From Methanocaldococcus indicus (GTDB lineage Archaea > AGJL01 > Methanococci > Methanococcales > Methanocaldococcaceae): a DNA stretch of 64,000 nucleotides. Shown here one piece after another: positions 41,317 to 52,213 of the stretch. A program made the position numbers and the translations under genes. Below the pieces are notes generated by a model. It made no database searches. It worked only from the letters and a program-made list of their open reading frames with translations, and was not told the origin of the DNA. Position 1 is the stretch's first letter, and each line of letters opens with the position of its first letter. The DNA lies in NCBI RefSeq assembly GCF_049554935.1, contig NZ_CP186926.1, forward strand, positions 640,001 to 704,000, written 5' to 3'.

Positions 41317-42861
41317 TAAATCTAATAATCTTTTTCTATCAGATTTCTTCTTTTGATATTCATATTCAATTTCTTCATCTAATTTTTTTAATACTTTTTT
41401 AAGATTAACTGTATCTACATAATACTTATCAGATATATCCATATAATCAACAATTTTCTTTTTAATGAGTTTGTTAATAATTTCCTTTACTGTATCTAAA
41501 TCTAAATCAGTAAGTTCTGAAATTTCTAATAATGTTTTTGGTTCATTTATTAAGTTTGAGATAATACTTATCTCATCTTCAGAAAATCCATAACTTTCTA
41601 ATAGATAGGCAATGTTTGTATGCACATTCTTAAATATAACTCCAACATAAGATAAAGTTGTATATATTCTTAAAATATCTTTTGATACTGCTTCTCCATA
41701 AGATAGCCAACCAATACAATTACTTTTTATAATATATTTGGAAATATCTCTGCTATCTTTATAAAACTCTAAAAAATAAGGTAATATATTTTTCTCATAT
41801 TTTCTAAATTTTGGATTTTTTAGAACTTCTACAAAATAAGACTCATTAATGAAAGCTAATAAATCTTTCTCTATATATTCTGACAATTTTTGATATAAGC
41901 TGTTAATGATATCTTTAAAGCTTGTAGTCATTAAGTTTAAAAAAATTCCTTCAGAAATTTTATTTTTAAAAATTAATGACTCTCCTTCTACTTTCTCTAA
42001 ATAGGGAATAATTACATTTCCAAAGAAATCCACATAACCTAATGGATGTATCAGTGTAAAATCTATTTTTGATACTTCTGATTTTTTTAAATAGTCAATA
42101 TTTCTTTCTATAATATCTTTTGGCATTCTTGTATATTCTGAAATCATTTCAATATATCTCTCTAATGCCGGTTTGTTGTCAAGTTCATAAATAATATTAT
42201 CCTTTGCCTTTGTAACTTTTGCATATATATTAGTTGGCTTATATCCATGTCCAAAAATAATATCAAAATCTAACTTACCCCCAACTAAACCAAATATACA
42301 ACAGTCTTTTACAACTTTACCTTTGTAAATTAGATAGTAATTTTTAAATTTCCCTCTATCACTTGCAGTACCCCCAATTATTGGAACTCCTAATTCCCTA
42401 CCAATTGTATTTAATATTTCATACTCATTGTTAATATGATAATCAAAGAATATAAATCCTAAAAATTTCTCATATATATCTATATTTATATATTTTTCCC
42501 TAAGTTGATTATAAATATCATTAATTATATTATTGGCTATCATCTCTTCTTTCATATCATGATATGAAATTGCTGATTTATATCTATTACTAAATGCAAT
42601 AACCAGTACTGAATCTTTATTGTAATAATTATTTCCTTGAAATATTCCTCCAGATGAGCATCCAATTATATTGTCAGATGGCAATATTTCAGTAAAACTA
42701 TCCATAAATCTCTTAAATTTATCCATATCAAATATAGTTGAAATTAATATTATCAATGATGGTGTAGATATTTTAAGTTTAATTTTTTTAGCCAATTTAT
42801 AACCATCTTTAATAGGATCATTTATTTTATTTACATAATATACCATGTCCATATTTTTCAC
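41311..42861 (-). CDS. FIST-domain protein with C-terminal TrmB-like winged HTH
   Basis: IIGCSSGG, PIIGGTASD, HGYKP...VTKA..N.IYELDNKPALE.Y, GWLSYGE; C-terminal L..YGFSEDE..I...L. Confidence 0.8.
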   Translation of the reverse strand: MKNMDMVYYVNKINDPIKDGYKLAKKIKLKISTPSLIILISTIFDMDKFKRFMDSFTEILPSDNIIGCSSGGIFQGNNYYNKDSVLVIAFSNRYKSAISYHDMKEEMIANNIINDIYNQLREKYINIDIYEKFLGFIFFDYHINNEYEILNTIGRELGVPIIGGTASDRGKFKNYYLIYKGKVVKDCCIFGLVGGKLDFDIIFGHGYKPTNIYAKVTKAKDNIIYELDNKPALERYIEMISEYTRMPKDIIERNIDYLKKSEVSKIDFTLIHPLGYVDFFGNVIIPYLEKVEGESLIFKNKISEGIFLNLMTTSFKDIINSLYQKLSEYIEKDLLAFINESYFVEVLKNPKFRKYEKNILPYFLEFYKDSRDISKYIIKSNCIGWLSYGEAVSKDILRIYTTLSYVGVIFKNVHTNIAYLLESYGFSEDEISIISNLINEPKTLLEISELTDLDLDTVKEIINKLIKKKIVDYMDISDKYYVDTVNLKKVLKKLDEEIEYEYQKKKSDRKRLLDLL

Positions 42862-43069
42862 CAGGATTGTAAATTTTTGGACTAAATATTTATTTTCGAG
42901 ATATATGTTAAGTTATAAGTAGTATTAACCATAATTATTATTATATTAGCATATTACCTTAAATATTATTTATTTAAACATAAAATTTACTTTTGTTATT
43001 ATTTATACTTTCTTTTACATATAACTTTAATTTTAAAATTTTAAAAATAAATAATTGGGTGAGTATTAA

Positions 43070-44851
43070 ATGATATTTAGTATTCTACCAATTGAACAAA
43101 TTTTTAAAAAAGAGGATATGGAAGATGTAAGAGAAGATTTATTTAAATTCTTAAATAATTATGAATATAAAGTTAGAAATAATAGTATTATTGATAATGA
43201 AATTGATAGATGGCTCTCCTTATATGCAATAAATGTTTTTAAAAATATACTATCAAAAGAAAATGAAAAGTTAGCTGGTTTTAGTACATTGGAGATATTG
43301 CTTAAATATTATAATGATGAAATTGAGGTTAGTGATGCTTTTATAGAAGAGTTCAAACATCTATTTTTAGCAATAAAGGGAGAAGCAAAATTTTCAGAGG
43401 GATTTTTAGGAGAAAAATTAAAAAATAAAGGTGTAAAATTTATAGATTTTGAGAAATTAAAAGGTAGAGAAGCTGGAAAAGCAAGAAGTGACTTTTTAGA
43501 TGAAGTTTATATAATTATGAAAGAATATATTAATAAATATCCCTCTGGGTTAGATAAAGAAATTATCCAAAAGAGAGAAGAAAACAAAAAAAAGATTTTA
43601 GAGCTTTTTGATGCAAATGAAGATGATTGGCTAAATTATAAGTGGCATTTTAAAAATGTAATTAAAGGAAAAAAAGGATTAAAAATATTAGAAGAGATGA
43701 GAGAAGAAATAGGATTAAAACTTTCAGATGAAGAACTTGAAAATATTAAATTAGCTATTGAAAATGATATACCTTTTGCCATTACACCATACTACCTCCA
43801 TTTATTTGATTTTGAAGGTAAAGAAGATTTACCTATAAGAGTTCAAGTTATTCCACCTAAACACTATGTTTTAGAGATGATTAAAAATAAAGATAAGAGA
43901 GATATAGTTTTTGATTTTATGGGTGAGCATGACACTACTCCTGAAGAGTTAATAACAAGAAGATATGTAACAATAGCAATTATAAAACCTTTTGAATCAT
44001 GCCCACAAATTTGTGTATATTGCCAAAGAAATTGGTTAGTAAAAGATTTCTCTAAAAGTGCATTTGTAGGTTGGGAAAAGATAGAGAAAGCCTTAGAATG
44101 GTTTGCTAATCATGAGAGTATGTTAGAAATACTAATAACAGGAGGAGACCCATTTAGCCTACCAGATAAATGCATTGAAAGAATATTAAATAGAATTAAA
44201 GATATGGAGCATGTTATTGGAGTAAGATTTGGGACAAGAAGTATATTAACTGTTCCAATGAGAATAACCAATAGTTTAGTAGAAATTCTAAAAGAATTTA
44301 AAGAAGAAAAAAGTTTAATAGTTGTTACTCATGCTGAAAGTTGTTATGAGATAACCCCTTATGTTAAAAAAGCTATAGATGCATTAGGAGATATAAAGGT
44401 TTATAATCAGCATGTTTTCCATAGGTATGTAAGTAGAAGATTTGAGAATGTTGCTTTAAGAATTGCCTTAAAAAAAGTTGGTATAATTCCTTACTATTCA
44501 TTCTATCCAAAAGGTAAGTATGAGCATAAAGATTATCTTATACCAATAGCAAGAATTTGTCAAGAGGTTAAAGAAGAAGCAAGATTATTACCAGGAAGTT
44601 TTAGAACTGATGAACCTATATTTAATGTCCCTAAACTTGGAAAAGTGCATTTAAGAAGTTTCCAAGATAGAGAATTAATAGCAATAAAAGAAAATGGAGC
44701 AAGAGTATATTTATTCCACCCATGGGAAAAGGGAATATATCCAACAAAATCTTATGTGTATGAAGATGTTCCTATTTTAGATTACTTAAAAAGAATGGAA
44801 GAGATTGGAGAAAATATAAATGATTATAGAACTATTTGGTACTATTATTAA
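43070..44851 (+). CDS. KamA-family radical SAM protein (lysine 2,3-aminomutase-like) with N-terminal extension
   Basis: CPQICVYCQR radical-SAM triad, ITRRY, ILITGGDP, ITPYY. Confidence 0.88.
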   Translation: MIFSILPIEQIFKKEDMEDVREDLFKFLNNYEYKVRNNSIIDNEIDRWLSLYAINVFKNILSKENEKLAGFSTLEILLKYYNDEIEVSDAFIEEFKHLFLAIKGEAKFSEGFLGEKLKNKGVKFIDFEKLKGREAGKARSDFLDEVYIIMKEYINKYPSGLDKEIIQKREENKKKILELFDANEDDWLNYKWHFKNVIKGKKGLKILEEMREEIGLKLSDEELENIKLAIENDIPFAITPYYLHLFDFEGKEDLPIRVQVIPPKHYVLEMIKNKDKRDIVFDFMGEHDTTPEELITRRYVTIAIIKPFESCPQICVYCQRNWLVKDFSKSAFVGWEKIEKALEWFANHESMLEILITGGDPFSLPDKCIERILNRIKDMEHVIGVRFGTRSILTVPMRITNSLVEILKEFKEEKSLIVVTHAESCYEITPYVKKAIDALGDIKVYNQHVFHRYVSRRFENVALRIALKKVGIIPYYSFYPKGKYEHKDYLIPIARICQEVKEEARLLPGSFRTDEPIFNVPKLGKVHLRSFQDRELIAIKENGARVYLFHPWEKGIYPTKSYVYEDVPILDYLKRMEEIGENINDYRTIWYYY

Positions 44852-45845
44852 CTCTATTATATATGCTAATTAAGTCACTTAAAAGAGCTGAATTTGTCTC
44901 TTCCTTTCCAGCACCTCTACCTACAACAACTACTTCCTTAGCTAAATCTGTTTCAAACATTGCAACATTTAATGTTCCTTTTACATTTAATGGACTATAT
45001 TTAGGAATTAGCATTGGCTCAACAATTAAATACTTTTTATTAACTTCACCTATTAATTTTATAGTGTATCCTTTTTTATTAGCTAAAAATAGAGATTCTG
45101 GTGTAATTTTTGTAATACCTTTTATTTTAACATCTTTTATTGTTTTGTTTAAATTCATTATTGAATTTGCCAATATAACTATTTTAGCAGCTGTATCTAA
45201 TCCATCTATATCTTGGGAAGGATTACTCTCTGCATAGCCAAGTTCTTGGGCTTCTTTTAAAGCAGTTTCAAAATCAACATTTTCCTCTTCCATCTTTGTT
45301 AAGATGTAGTTTGTAGTTCCATTTAAAATTCCTCTTATAGATAATATTTCATTTCCAGCTAAGTTTTCCTTAGCTAAATTTATGATAGGCATAGCTCCTC
45401 CAACAGTTGCCTCAAATCTAAAAATTTTATTGTATTTTTCAGCTGTTTTTATAAGCTCATTATAAAAAAGGGCTAAGGGTCCTTTATTAGCTGTGACAAC
45501 ATGTTTGTCATTTTTAAAACTTTCAATAATATGTGTTTTAGCTGGCTCTCCTGTCTCTAAATTTGATGGAGTTACTTCAACAGCTACATCTGCCTCTTTC
45601 TCAATCAATTCAAAAATAGAAAGTTTTTCAGCATCATTATAGTTAATAATCTTTTTAGTTTTTTCTTTAACATCTATAGCTTTTTTTAAGTCAATTCCTT
45701 CTTTATTATATATTGCTCCTGAACTGTCAGCTATACCAACAACTCTAAACTCACCAAAATTTTTTTTGAGATATTCCCTCTTTTTATATAAAACCTCTGC
45801 TAACCCCTTTCCAATAGTTCCAAAACCTATAATAATTATATCCAT
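44832..45845 (-). CDS. hom: Homoserine dehydrogenase
   Basis: GFGTIG, VVTANKGP, FEATVGGAMP, GILNGTTNYIL, GYAE..P..D.DG.D.AAK. Confidence 0.95.
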   Translation of the reverse strand: MDIIIIGFGTIGKGLAEVLYKKREYLKKNFGEFRVVGIADSSGAIYNKEGIDLKKAIDVKEKTKKIINYNDAEKLSIFELIEKEADVAVEVTPSNLETGEPAKTHIIESFKNDKHVVTANKGPLALFYNELIKTAEKYNKIFRFEATVGGAMPIINLAKENLAGNEILSIRGILNGTTNYILTKMEEENVDFETALKEAQELGYAESNPSQDIDGLDTAAKIVILANSIMNLNKTIKDVKIKGITKITPESLFLANKKGYTIKLIGEVNKKYLIVEPMLIPKYSPLNVKGTLNVAMFETDLAKEVVVVGRGAGKEETNSALLSDLISIYNRVNNSTK

Positions 45846-45846
45846 A

Positions 45847-46344
45847 CTATCTCACCAAAAAAGATTTTATAAATAAAAGATTTTTTTCTTTCTCCAACTC
45901 TTCTAAGAGATAAAATAGCTCTCCAATCTTATCAATATCAACAGTTATCCTCATACTTGCTGATGATTCTTTTTCTGGATGGGGCATAATTAAATCCATA
46001 TCTTCAACTAAACCAACTGTGTTTATTCTATCAATAGTATCTTTAATATCAGTATCAACAACATGACCAATAACTACAACATCTATATACACTTTTTTAG
46101 ATTTTCCATCAACTTTCTTAACTGTTGCTATCTTTTCTAACTCATCCAACAAAATATCTAATTTCTTTTCATCAATATCTATAACCAATCTCACAGGAAT
46201 TCTATCTCCAACTTTTGTCTCTCTTGAATGTATTATACTTATTATATTTGCTCCTAATTTTGATATTGGTGTAAGAACTCTCAATAACTCACCTGGCTTG
46301 TCTTTTAGCTCAATATCTAAAATAATCATTTTTACCACCAACAA
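45847..46344 (-). CDS. ACT-domain protein (putative allosteric partner of homoserine dehydrogenase)
   Basis: ELKDKPGEL...[19 protein letters not shown]; directly upstream of hom. Confidence 0.85.
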   Translation of the reverse strand: MLVVKMIILDIELKDKPGELLRVLTPISKLGANIISIIHSRETKVGDRIPVRLVIDIDEKKLDILLDELEKIATVKKVDGKSKKVYIDVVVIGHVVDTDIKDTIDRINTVGLVEDMDLIMPHPEKESSASMRITVDIDKIGELFYLLEELEKEKNLLFIKSFLVR

Positions 46345-46865
46345 TCTTTAACTCCAATTAGATAAGCAATAACGTTCCCAATAAAATGAATGAATAGTGT
46401 CATAACAATAATAATAAAAACCATAGATAAAGGTATAGGAGCAAAAGGATAAGCAAATATTAAAGCTCCAATAACAAAATCTAACTGGTCTAATAAAGGA
46501 GCAGGTTTTCCTCTTTCTATATTTAACCTCCTTTTTATAAAACTACCAACAGCATCACCAACAATAGCTCCCAAAGATAACAAAAAAGCTAAAATTATAT
46601 GGTCAATAATTCCAGCATAGAAATCTAACTGTCCAAAAATATTAAAATTTATCAAGATTCCTTGTATTGCTCCTGTTAATGTTCCTAACAGTATTCCAAA
46701 AAAGCTTCCTTTAAATGTAACTCCATCTCCTATAACTCTTCTACCATCTATAAAGCACTTTTTTAAATCTATTGGAGTTCCTCCACCAAATATACAGGCT
46801 GAGGCATTAGCCACATAAGCTGGCAAGATATACCAAAAACTCATAAATACTAACTTCAAAACCAT
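46332..46865 (-). CDS. carS: CDP-archaeol synthase
   Basis: LPAYVAN, GGGTPID, DGRR..GDG.T, GD..GSFIKRR...RG...P.LDQLDF. Confidence 0.92.
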   Translation of the reverse strand: MVLKLVFMSFWYILPAYVANASACIFGGGTPIDLKKCFIDGRRVIGDGVTFKGSFFGILLGTLTGAIQGILINFNIFGQLDFYAGIIDHIILAFLLSLGAIVGDAVGSFIKRRLNIERGKPAPLLDQLDFVIGALIFAYPFAPIPLSMVFIIIVMTLFIHFIGNVIAYLIGVKDCWW

Positions 46866-46866
46866 A

Positions 46867-47658
46867 TCATCCCAACACTCTAAGTTTATTTATTTCCTCT
46901 AAATCTAATGGATTAGGTTGAGATTTATATGTATTATTTAAGATTGATTTTGCCAACTCTCTATATACATTAGCTATCTCACTATCTGGATTATATTCAA
47001 AAACTGTCTTTCCTAACAATTCTGCTTTGTATATATCCTCTGAATATGGAATTTTCCCAACAACTTTTGTATTTATCATATTAGCAAATTTATTTATAAT
47101 TTCTTCATTATCAACCTTTCCTCTAACATTATAAATTAAACCAGCTAAGTTATCTCTTTTAAGTTCTTTGATTCCTCTACATATATTATTTGCTGCATAA
47201 AGGGACATAAAGTCAGAAGAAGTTACTATATATACATCTAAATTCAACCTTAAAGGTAATGAGAAACCTCCACAAACAACATCACCCAACACATCATATA
47301 AGACAATATCAATATCTAACTTCTCAAAAACTTTTAATTTTTTTAATAGCTCAATAGCTACAATAACCCCTCTCCCAGCACATCCAATTCCAGGCTTAGG
47401 TCCTCCAGCTTCAACACAATAAACTCCATTGTATCCTTTATAAACTATATCTTCAATCTCAATATTTCTTTTATTTTTCATAACATCTAAAACTGTAGGT
47501 ATTATTTTTCCTCCTCTTAATGTATATGTGCAATCTGCCTTTGGGTCACATCCAACAACTAACACATTCATTTCCAACTCTGAAAAAGCAGCTGCTAAGT
47601 TGCAGACAGTTGTAGATTTACCTATTCCACCTTTTCCATAAAATGCCAACTCTTTCAT
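46867..47658 (-). CDS. Nitrogenase Fe-protein family ATPase (NifH/CfbC-like, group IV)
   Basis: YGKGGIGKSTT, GCDPKAD, GGP.PG.GCAGRG, DVLGDVVCGGF, YAANNI. Confidence 0.85.
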   Translation of the reverse strand: MKELAFYGKGGIGKSTTVCNLAAAFSELEMNVLVVGCDPKADCTYTLRGGKIIPTVLDVMKNKRNIEIEDIVYKGYNGVYCVEAGGPKPGIGCAGRGVIVAIELLKKLKVFEKLDIDIVLYDVLGDVVCGGFSLPLRLNLDVYIVTSSDFMSLYAANNICRGIKELKRDNLAGLIYNVRGKVDNEEIINKFANMINTKVVGKIPYSEDIYKAELLGKTVFEYNPDSEIANVYRELAKSILNNTYKSQPNPLDLEEINKLRVLG

Positions 47659-47691
47659 AACTAACCCAAAGATTTTTAATATTAATATTTT

Positions 47692-48354
47692 TTATAAATT
47701 GGAGATAATATAATTTAAAACTTCATTAAATCCTTCCATAGTTTTTAGACTTAATTTTATAACCTTAGCGTTTGGATTTATTTCTTTAGCATCTTTAACC
47801 ATCTTATCCACATCACAATTTACATAGTTGGCTAAATCTATTTTATTTATAACAATTAAATCAGCACTTCTTACAATATCTGGATGCTTAGCTATTATAT
47901 CATCTCCCTCAGTTGTAGAAACTACCAAAATTCTCTTATGTGCTCCTAAATCAAAATCTGTTGGACATATTAAATTTCCTACATTTTCAATAAATAAAAT
48001 ATCAATATCCTCTAAATTTAACTCTTCCAAAGCATGGGATACAAGATGAGCATCTAAATGACACTCTTTCCCAGTATTTAGTGGAATAACCTTAATACCT
48101 TTTTTTGCTAATCTTTCAGCATCATACTTAGCTATAACATCTCCTGCTATACATGCAATTCTATATTTATCTTTTAAGCTATCTATTAACTTTTCAATTA
48201 ACAATGTTTTTCCACTTCCAATAGCTCCAGAAAAATCAAAAGCTTTAACATTATATTTATCCAACAATTTTCTATTTTTTTCTGCCAATCTTTTATTTGC
48301 TTTTAAGATATCTTTTGCAATATCTAAAACACCTACTAAATGCATAAATATCAC
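47692..48354 (-). CDS. hypB: Hydrogenase nickel incorporation GTPase HypB
   Basis: GAIGSGKT, TGKECHLDA, ENVGNLICP, NKIDL. Confidence 0.96.
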   Translation of the reverse strand: MIFMHLVGVLDIAKDILKANKRLAEKNRKLLDKYNVKAFDFSGAIGSGKTLLIEKLIDSLKDKYRIACIAGDVIAKYDAERLAKKGIKVIPLNTGKECHLDAHLVSHALEELNLEDIDILFIENVGNLICPTDFDLGAHKRILVVSTTEGDDIIAKHPDIVRSADLIVINKIDLANYVNCDVDKMVKDAKEINPNAKVIKLSLKTMEGFNEVLNYIISNL

Positions 48355-48989
48355 TCTTCATCAATATTGTTATATTTGTTCAGTTCTTCATATAATCTAT
48401 CTACTTCACTTTTCTTTTTCCAAAGTTCAAATTTAGCCCTTTTTACTTTTTGTCTCTCACCTTCTACAAACTTATAAGTTCTTGCATGAGATGCTCCTCT
48501 TAAAAGCATTTCAACAGCTTCCTTAGCTATTTGAGCATTATCATACTCTCCAACTATTGATACTGTCTTACCATAAACTGATATATTTGTATCTGTTAAA
48601 CTTTCTATATATCTCCTTGACTTTCCTTCTTTACCAATAACTCTACCTCTTAATCTTCTAAGAGCATTTTCAGTTGATGCATAATCATCAATATTTATAA
48701 TTTCAAGAACATACTCATCATTTAATAATTTTAAAGCAATATCTGGATTAAATCCTCTTCCAATAGCTCTTACAATATCTCTTGCTTTCCAAATAGCTAA
48801 TGGTTCTTTTGTTTCTTCTGTTGATGAAATTGTGACAGTTCCATCAGAATCAATATCTAATTTAACTTTTAGTTCTTTTTCTATTCTTTTTTTTACTTCT
48901 CCTTTTTTTCCAATTAATACTCCAACTCTATCCTTAGGAATCTTTAAAATTTCAATATTGTTGTTTAAATTTCCACCACTAAATACCAT
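48351..48989 (-). CDS. KH-domain RNA-binding protein (Dim2/Pno1 family, ribosome biogenesis)
   Basis: RVGVLIGKKG, AIGRGF, GRVIGKEG, SVYGKTV, G..H. Confidence 0.9.
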   Translation of the reverse strand: MVFSGGNLNNNIEILKIPKDRVGVLIGKKGEVKKRIEKELKVKLDIDSDGTVTISSTEETKEPLAIWKARDIVRAIGRGFNPDIALKLLNDEYVLEIINIDDYASTENALRRLRGRVIGKEGKSRRYIESLTDTNISVYGKTVSIVGEYDNAQIAKEAVEMLLRGASHARTYKFVEGERQKVKRAKFELWKKKSEVDRLYEELNKYNNIDEE

Positions 48990-49109
48990 AACTATTCACC
49001 TAAAAAAATACTAAATATAAGATTTAAGTAGTATTTATAACTATTAAAAAATTACTTATCTTAATACTAATTCTATAAACATCAATATTTTAACTTTTTT
49101 GGTGATTAT

Positions 49110-50222
49110 ATGGATTTTAGCACTACAAAATATATAATTCATGCTGAGATTGTAGTTGATGGTTATGTTGAGAAGAATGATATTATTGGAGCAATATTTG
49201 GACAGACTGAAGGATTGTTAGGAGATGAGTTAGATTTGAGAGACCTTCAAAAATCAGGTAGAATAGGGAGAATAGATGTAAATATTGAATATACTAATGG
49301 GAAAAGTATTGCAAAGTTAGAAATTCCTTCAAGTTTAGATAGAGTTGAAACATCAATAATAGCTGCAACGTTGGAGACCGTTGATAAAGTCGGACCTTGC
49401 ACAGCAGACGTAAGAGTATTAAAAATTGAAGATATTAGAGAGAGAAAAAGAAAATATATAACTGAGAGAGCAAAAGAAATATTAAAAGAGATGAACTTAA
49501 CAGTTGATATTAATGCTATTATTGAGGAAGTTAAAGAAAGTGTCAGGATGAGTGAGCTCATATACTATGGTGAAGAAAAACTTCCAGCTGGTCCATTAGT
49601 TGATAGTTCTGAAGAGATTATAATTGTTGAAGGAAAGGCAGATGTTTTAAATTTATTAAGATATGGTATTAGGAATGTTATAGCAGTTGAAGGAACCTCT
49701 ATCCCAAAGACAATAATTGAATTGAGTAAGAGGAAAATAACTACATTATTTACTGATGGAGATAGAGGAGGTGAATTGATTTTAAAAGAAGCATTACAAG
49801 TATGTGATATTGATTATATAGCAAGAGCTCCAAAAGGTAGAGAAGTTGAAGAACTAACAAGAAAGGAAATTATTAAATGTCTTAAAAATAGAGTCCCAAT
49901 ATCTACAAAAAATTACAGTTGTGAAGAAAATAATGAAGATATTAAAGAAGATGATTTATTTGATACTCTTAAAATACTTTCCAATTTAAAAGATAAGGCA
50001 ATAATTGTAAAAGATGATGAAAAGATAACTGTAAATGTAGATGAATTAATAGAAAAAATAGAAGAGTTTAATAAAGTTGATTGCCTATATATTGAAGAAC
50101 TAAGTCAAAAACTATTAGATAACATCTATCAAAAAGTAGATAAAATCTATTGTAAGTTGGCAAAAGTTACAAAAGTTCCAATAAATGTTACTATTATTGG
50201 TGGTTTTAATGCAAAAAGATGA
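49110..50222 (+). CDS. dnaG: Archaeal DnaG-like protein (TOPRIM)
   Basis: GAIFGQTEGLLG, GRIGRI, IIVEG.ADV, DGDRGG. Confidence 0.93.
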   Translation: MDFSTTKYIIHAEIVVDGYVEKNDIIGAIFGQTEGLLGDELDLRDLQKSGRIGRIDVNIEYTNGKSIAKLEIPSSLDRVETSIIAATLETVDKVGPCTADVRVLKIEDIRERKRKYITERAKEILKEMNLTVDINAIIEEVKESVRMSELIYYGEEKLPAGPLVDSSEEIIIVEGKADVLNLLRYGIRNVIAVEGTSIPKTIIELSKRKITTLFTDGDRGGELILKEALQVCDIDYIARAPKGREVEELTRKEIIKCLKNRVPISTKNYSCEENNEDIKEDDLFDTLKILSNLKDKAIIVKDDEKITVNVDELIEKIEEFNKVDCLYIEELSQKLLDNIYQKVDKIYCKLAKVTKVPINVTIIGGFNAKR

Positions 50223-50517
50223 GCTTATTCAGCTCCATCAACTATTAGTTTATTTAAAAAAATATGTTGAAAAAAAATACAACTGCAAAGATGAATTTAA
50301 AGTTTATGAAGAGCTAAATATCTATCCTCATCATATTCATAGAACTAAGGCAGAACACACTTATGCAATATTTCTACTTGCAAGTATTATAGCTAAGATA
50401 CTATCTGAGAATCAGACAAAAGTTCCCAAGAGTATATCTAAATTATTGGATGAATGTTGTTTAAAAATAAAGAAAGAAATACAAAGAAAAAGAATTATTA
50501 TAAAAGGGATAAGATGA
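50209..50517 (+). CDS. UPF0058 family protein
   Basis: [21 protein letters not shown]; start moved to ATG 50209 after GGTGG RBS. Confidence 0.82.
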   Translation: MQKDELIQLHQLLVYLKKYVEKKYNCKDEFKVYEELNIYPHHIHRTKAEHTYAIFLLASIIAKILSENQTKVPKSISKLLDECCLKIKKEIQRKRIIIKGIR

Positions 50518-51380
50518 TTCTTTTTGCTTTACCAAATAAAGGTAGAATATCTGAACCAGTAATGAAAATTTTAGAAAAAGCAGGTTTAAAAATAACTATT
50601 CAAGGTAGGAGTTTATTTGCAAATACTGTTGATAAAGATATTAAAGTTATGTTTGCAAGAGCAAGAGATATTCCTGAGTTTGTAGCTGATGGAGTAGCTG
50701 ATATTGGTGTAACTGGTTATGATTTAGTTTTAGAGAGAGGGGTTGAGAATAAAGTTGAAGAATTATTAGATTTTGGTTTTGGATTTGCAAGATTGGTTTT
50801 AGCTGTTCCAGAAGATTCAAATATTAATAATTTGGATGATATAAAGGAAGGAATGAGAGTAGCAACTGAATTTCCACATTTAACAAAGAAATTTTTTGAG
50901 AAATTTAATAAAAATGTAGAAATTATAGAACTAAGTGGTGCAACTGAAATAGCTCCTTTTATTGGAATAGCAGATATTATATCAGATTTAACATCAACAG
51001 GAACAACTTTGAAATTAAATAAACTTAGAGAGATTGCTGAGATAGTTAAATCTACAACAAGATTAATAGCCAACAAAGAGAGTCTAAAAGATAAAAAGAA
51101 AAAAGAAAAAATAGAGCAGGTTGTTTTGGCTATAAAGAGTGCTCTATATGCTGAAAAAAAGAGGCTAATTATGATGAATGCTCCTGAGGATAAAGTAGAG
51201 GATATCAAAAAAATCATTCCTGGAATGTCAGGCCCAACAGTTGCAAAAGTTCTATCTGATAATGGAATGGTTGCTATTCAAGTTGTTGTTGATGAGAAAG
51301 ATATTTTTTCATTAGTTCCTAAACTTCATCAATTAGGTGCAAGAGATATCCTTGTTCTGCCAATTGAGAGGATATTATGA
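50514..51380 (+). CDS. hisG: ATP phosphoribosyltransferase (long form)
   Basis: [41 protein letters not shown]; start moved to ATG 50514. Confidence 0.95.
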   Translation: MILFALPNKGRISEPVMKILEKAGLKITIQGRSLFANTVDKDIKVMFARARDIPEFVADGVADIGVTGYDLVLERGVENKVEELLDFGFGFARLVLAVPEDSNINNLDDIKEGMRVATEFPHLTKKFFEKFNKNVEIIELSGATEIAPFIGIADIISDLTSTGTTLKLNKLREIAEIVKSTTRLIANKESLKDKKKKEKIEQVVLAIKSALYAEKKRLIMMNAPEDKVEDIKKIIPGMSGPTVAKVLSDNGMVAIQVVVDEKDIFSLVPKLHQLGARDILVLPIERIL

Positions 51381-52183
51381 GTTTTTTAGAGTTAATAAGA
51401 GCAAAAAACTGCTTTATGGCAGGTTTATCTGGGATTATTGGATATTTAATAGCAAACTCAACTTTAAATTTTTATTATATAATATTGATTTTTTTAGCTA
51501 TTTTTTTTATCTGTGGATTTGGGAACTGTATAAATGATATTTTTGATATTGAAATAGACAGGATAAATAAGCCATATAGACCTCTACCTTCTGGAAGAGT
51601 CTCAATAAAAACAGCTAAGATTTTAGCTATAATTTTATTAGTTTTAGGATTAATTTCTTCATTGTTGATTAATTTATATGCCTTTTTATTAGCTTTATTT
51701 AACTCAATACTTTTATATTTATATGCAAAAAAATATAAGAGATATAAGCCAATAGGAAACATTATTGTTGCATATTTAACTGGCTCAGTTTTTTTATTTG
51801 GAGGATTAGTTGGTAGGATAGACAAAGTTTTTATCTTATTTTTATGTTCTTTCTTAGCTACATGGTGCAGAGAGATTATAAAAGATTATGAAGATATGGA
51901 AGGAGATAAAAAAGAGGGAGTTATTTCTCTACCCATTCTATATAAAGATAAATCATTATATTTTGCATCTATACTGTTAATTTTAGCAGTTGTATTTAGC
52001 TTTTTACCTTACTATTTAGGGTTGTTTGGGAAATTATATTTAATAATTATTTTAGTTTGTGATATTTTCTTTATATATTCAATTTTTATTTTATTAAAGA
52101 ATAGAGATATTGAAACTGCTAAAAAAGTATCAAAATTACTAAAAATGATTATGGTACTTGTATTGTTGGCTTTTCTAACTTAA
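51377..52183 (+). CDS. UbiA-family prenyltransferase, probable digeranylgeranylglyceryl phosphate synthase
   Basis: [32 protein letters not shown]. Confidence 0.88.
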   Translation: MSFLELIRAKNCFMAGLSGIIGYLIANSTLNFYYIILIFLAIFFICGFGNCINDIFDIEIDRINKPYRPLPSGRVSIKTAKILAIILLVLGLISSLLINLYAFLLALFNSILLYLYAKKYKRYKPIGNIIVAYLTGSVFLFGGLVGRIDKVFILFLCSFLATWCREIIKDYEDMEGDKKEGVISLPILYKDKSLYFASILLILAVVFSFLPYYLGLFGKLYLIIILVCDIFFIYSIFILLKNRDIETAKKVSKLLKMIMVLVLLAFLT

Positions 52184-52213
52184 ATTAAAAGATGATTGTT
52201 ATATTAGATATTG

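Noticed and set aside
43031-43046. Perfect palindrome TTTTAAAATTTTAAAA upstream of the KamA-like gene
   Set aside because: A/T-only sequence in a very AT-rich spacer; likely chance
46867-47658. Evidence for nitrogen fixation
   Set aside because: No nifD/K/E/N or nifI genes adjacent; the sequence looks like a group IV NifH-like protein
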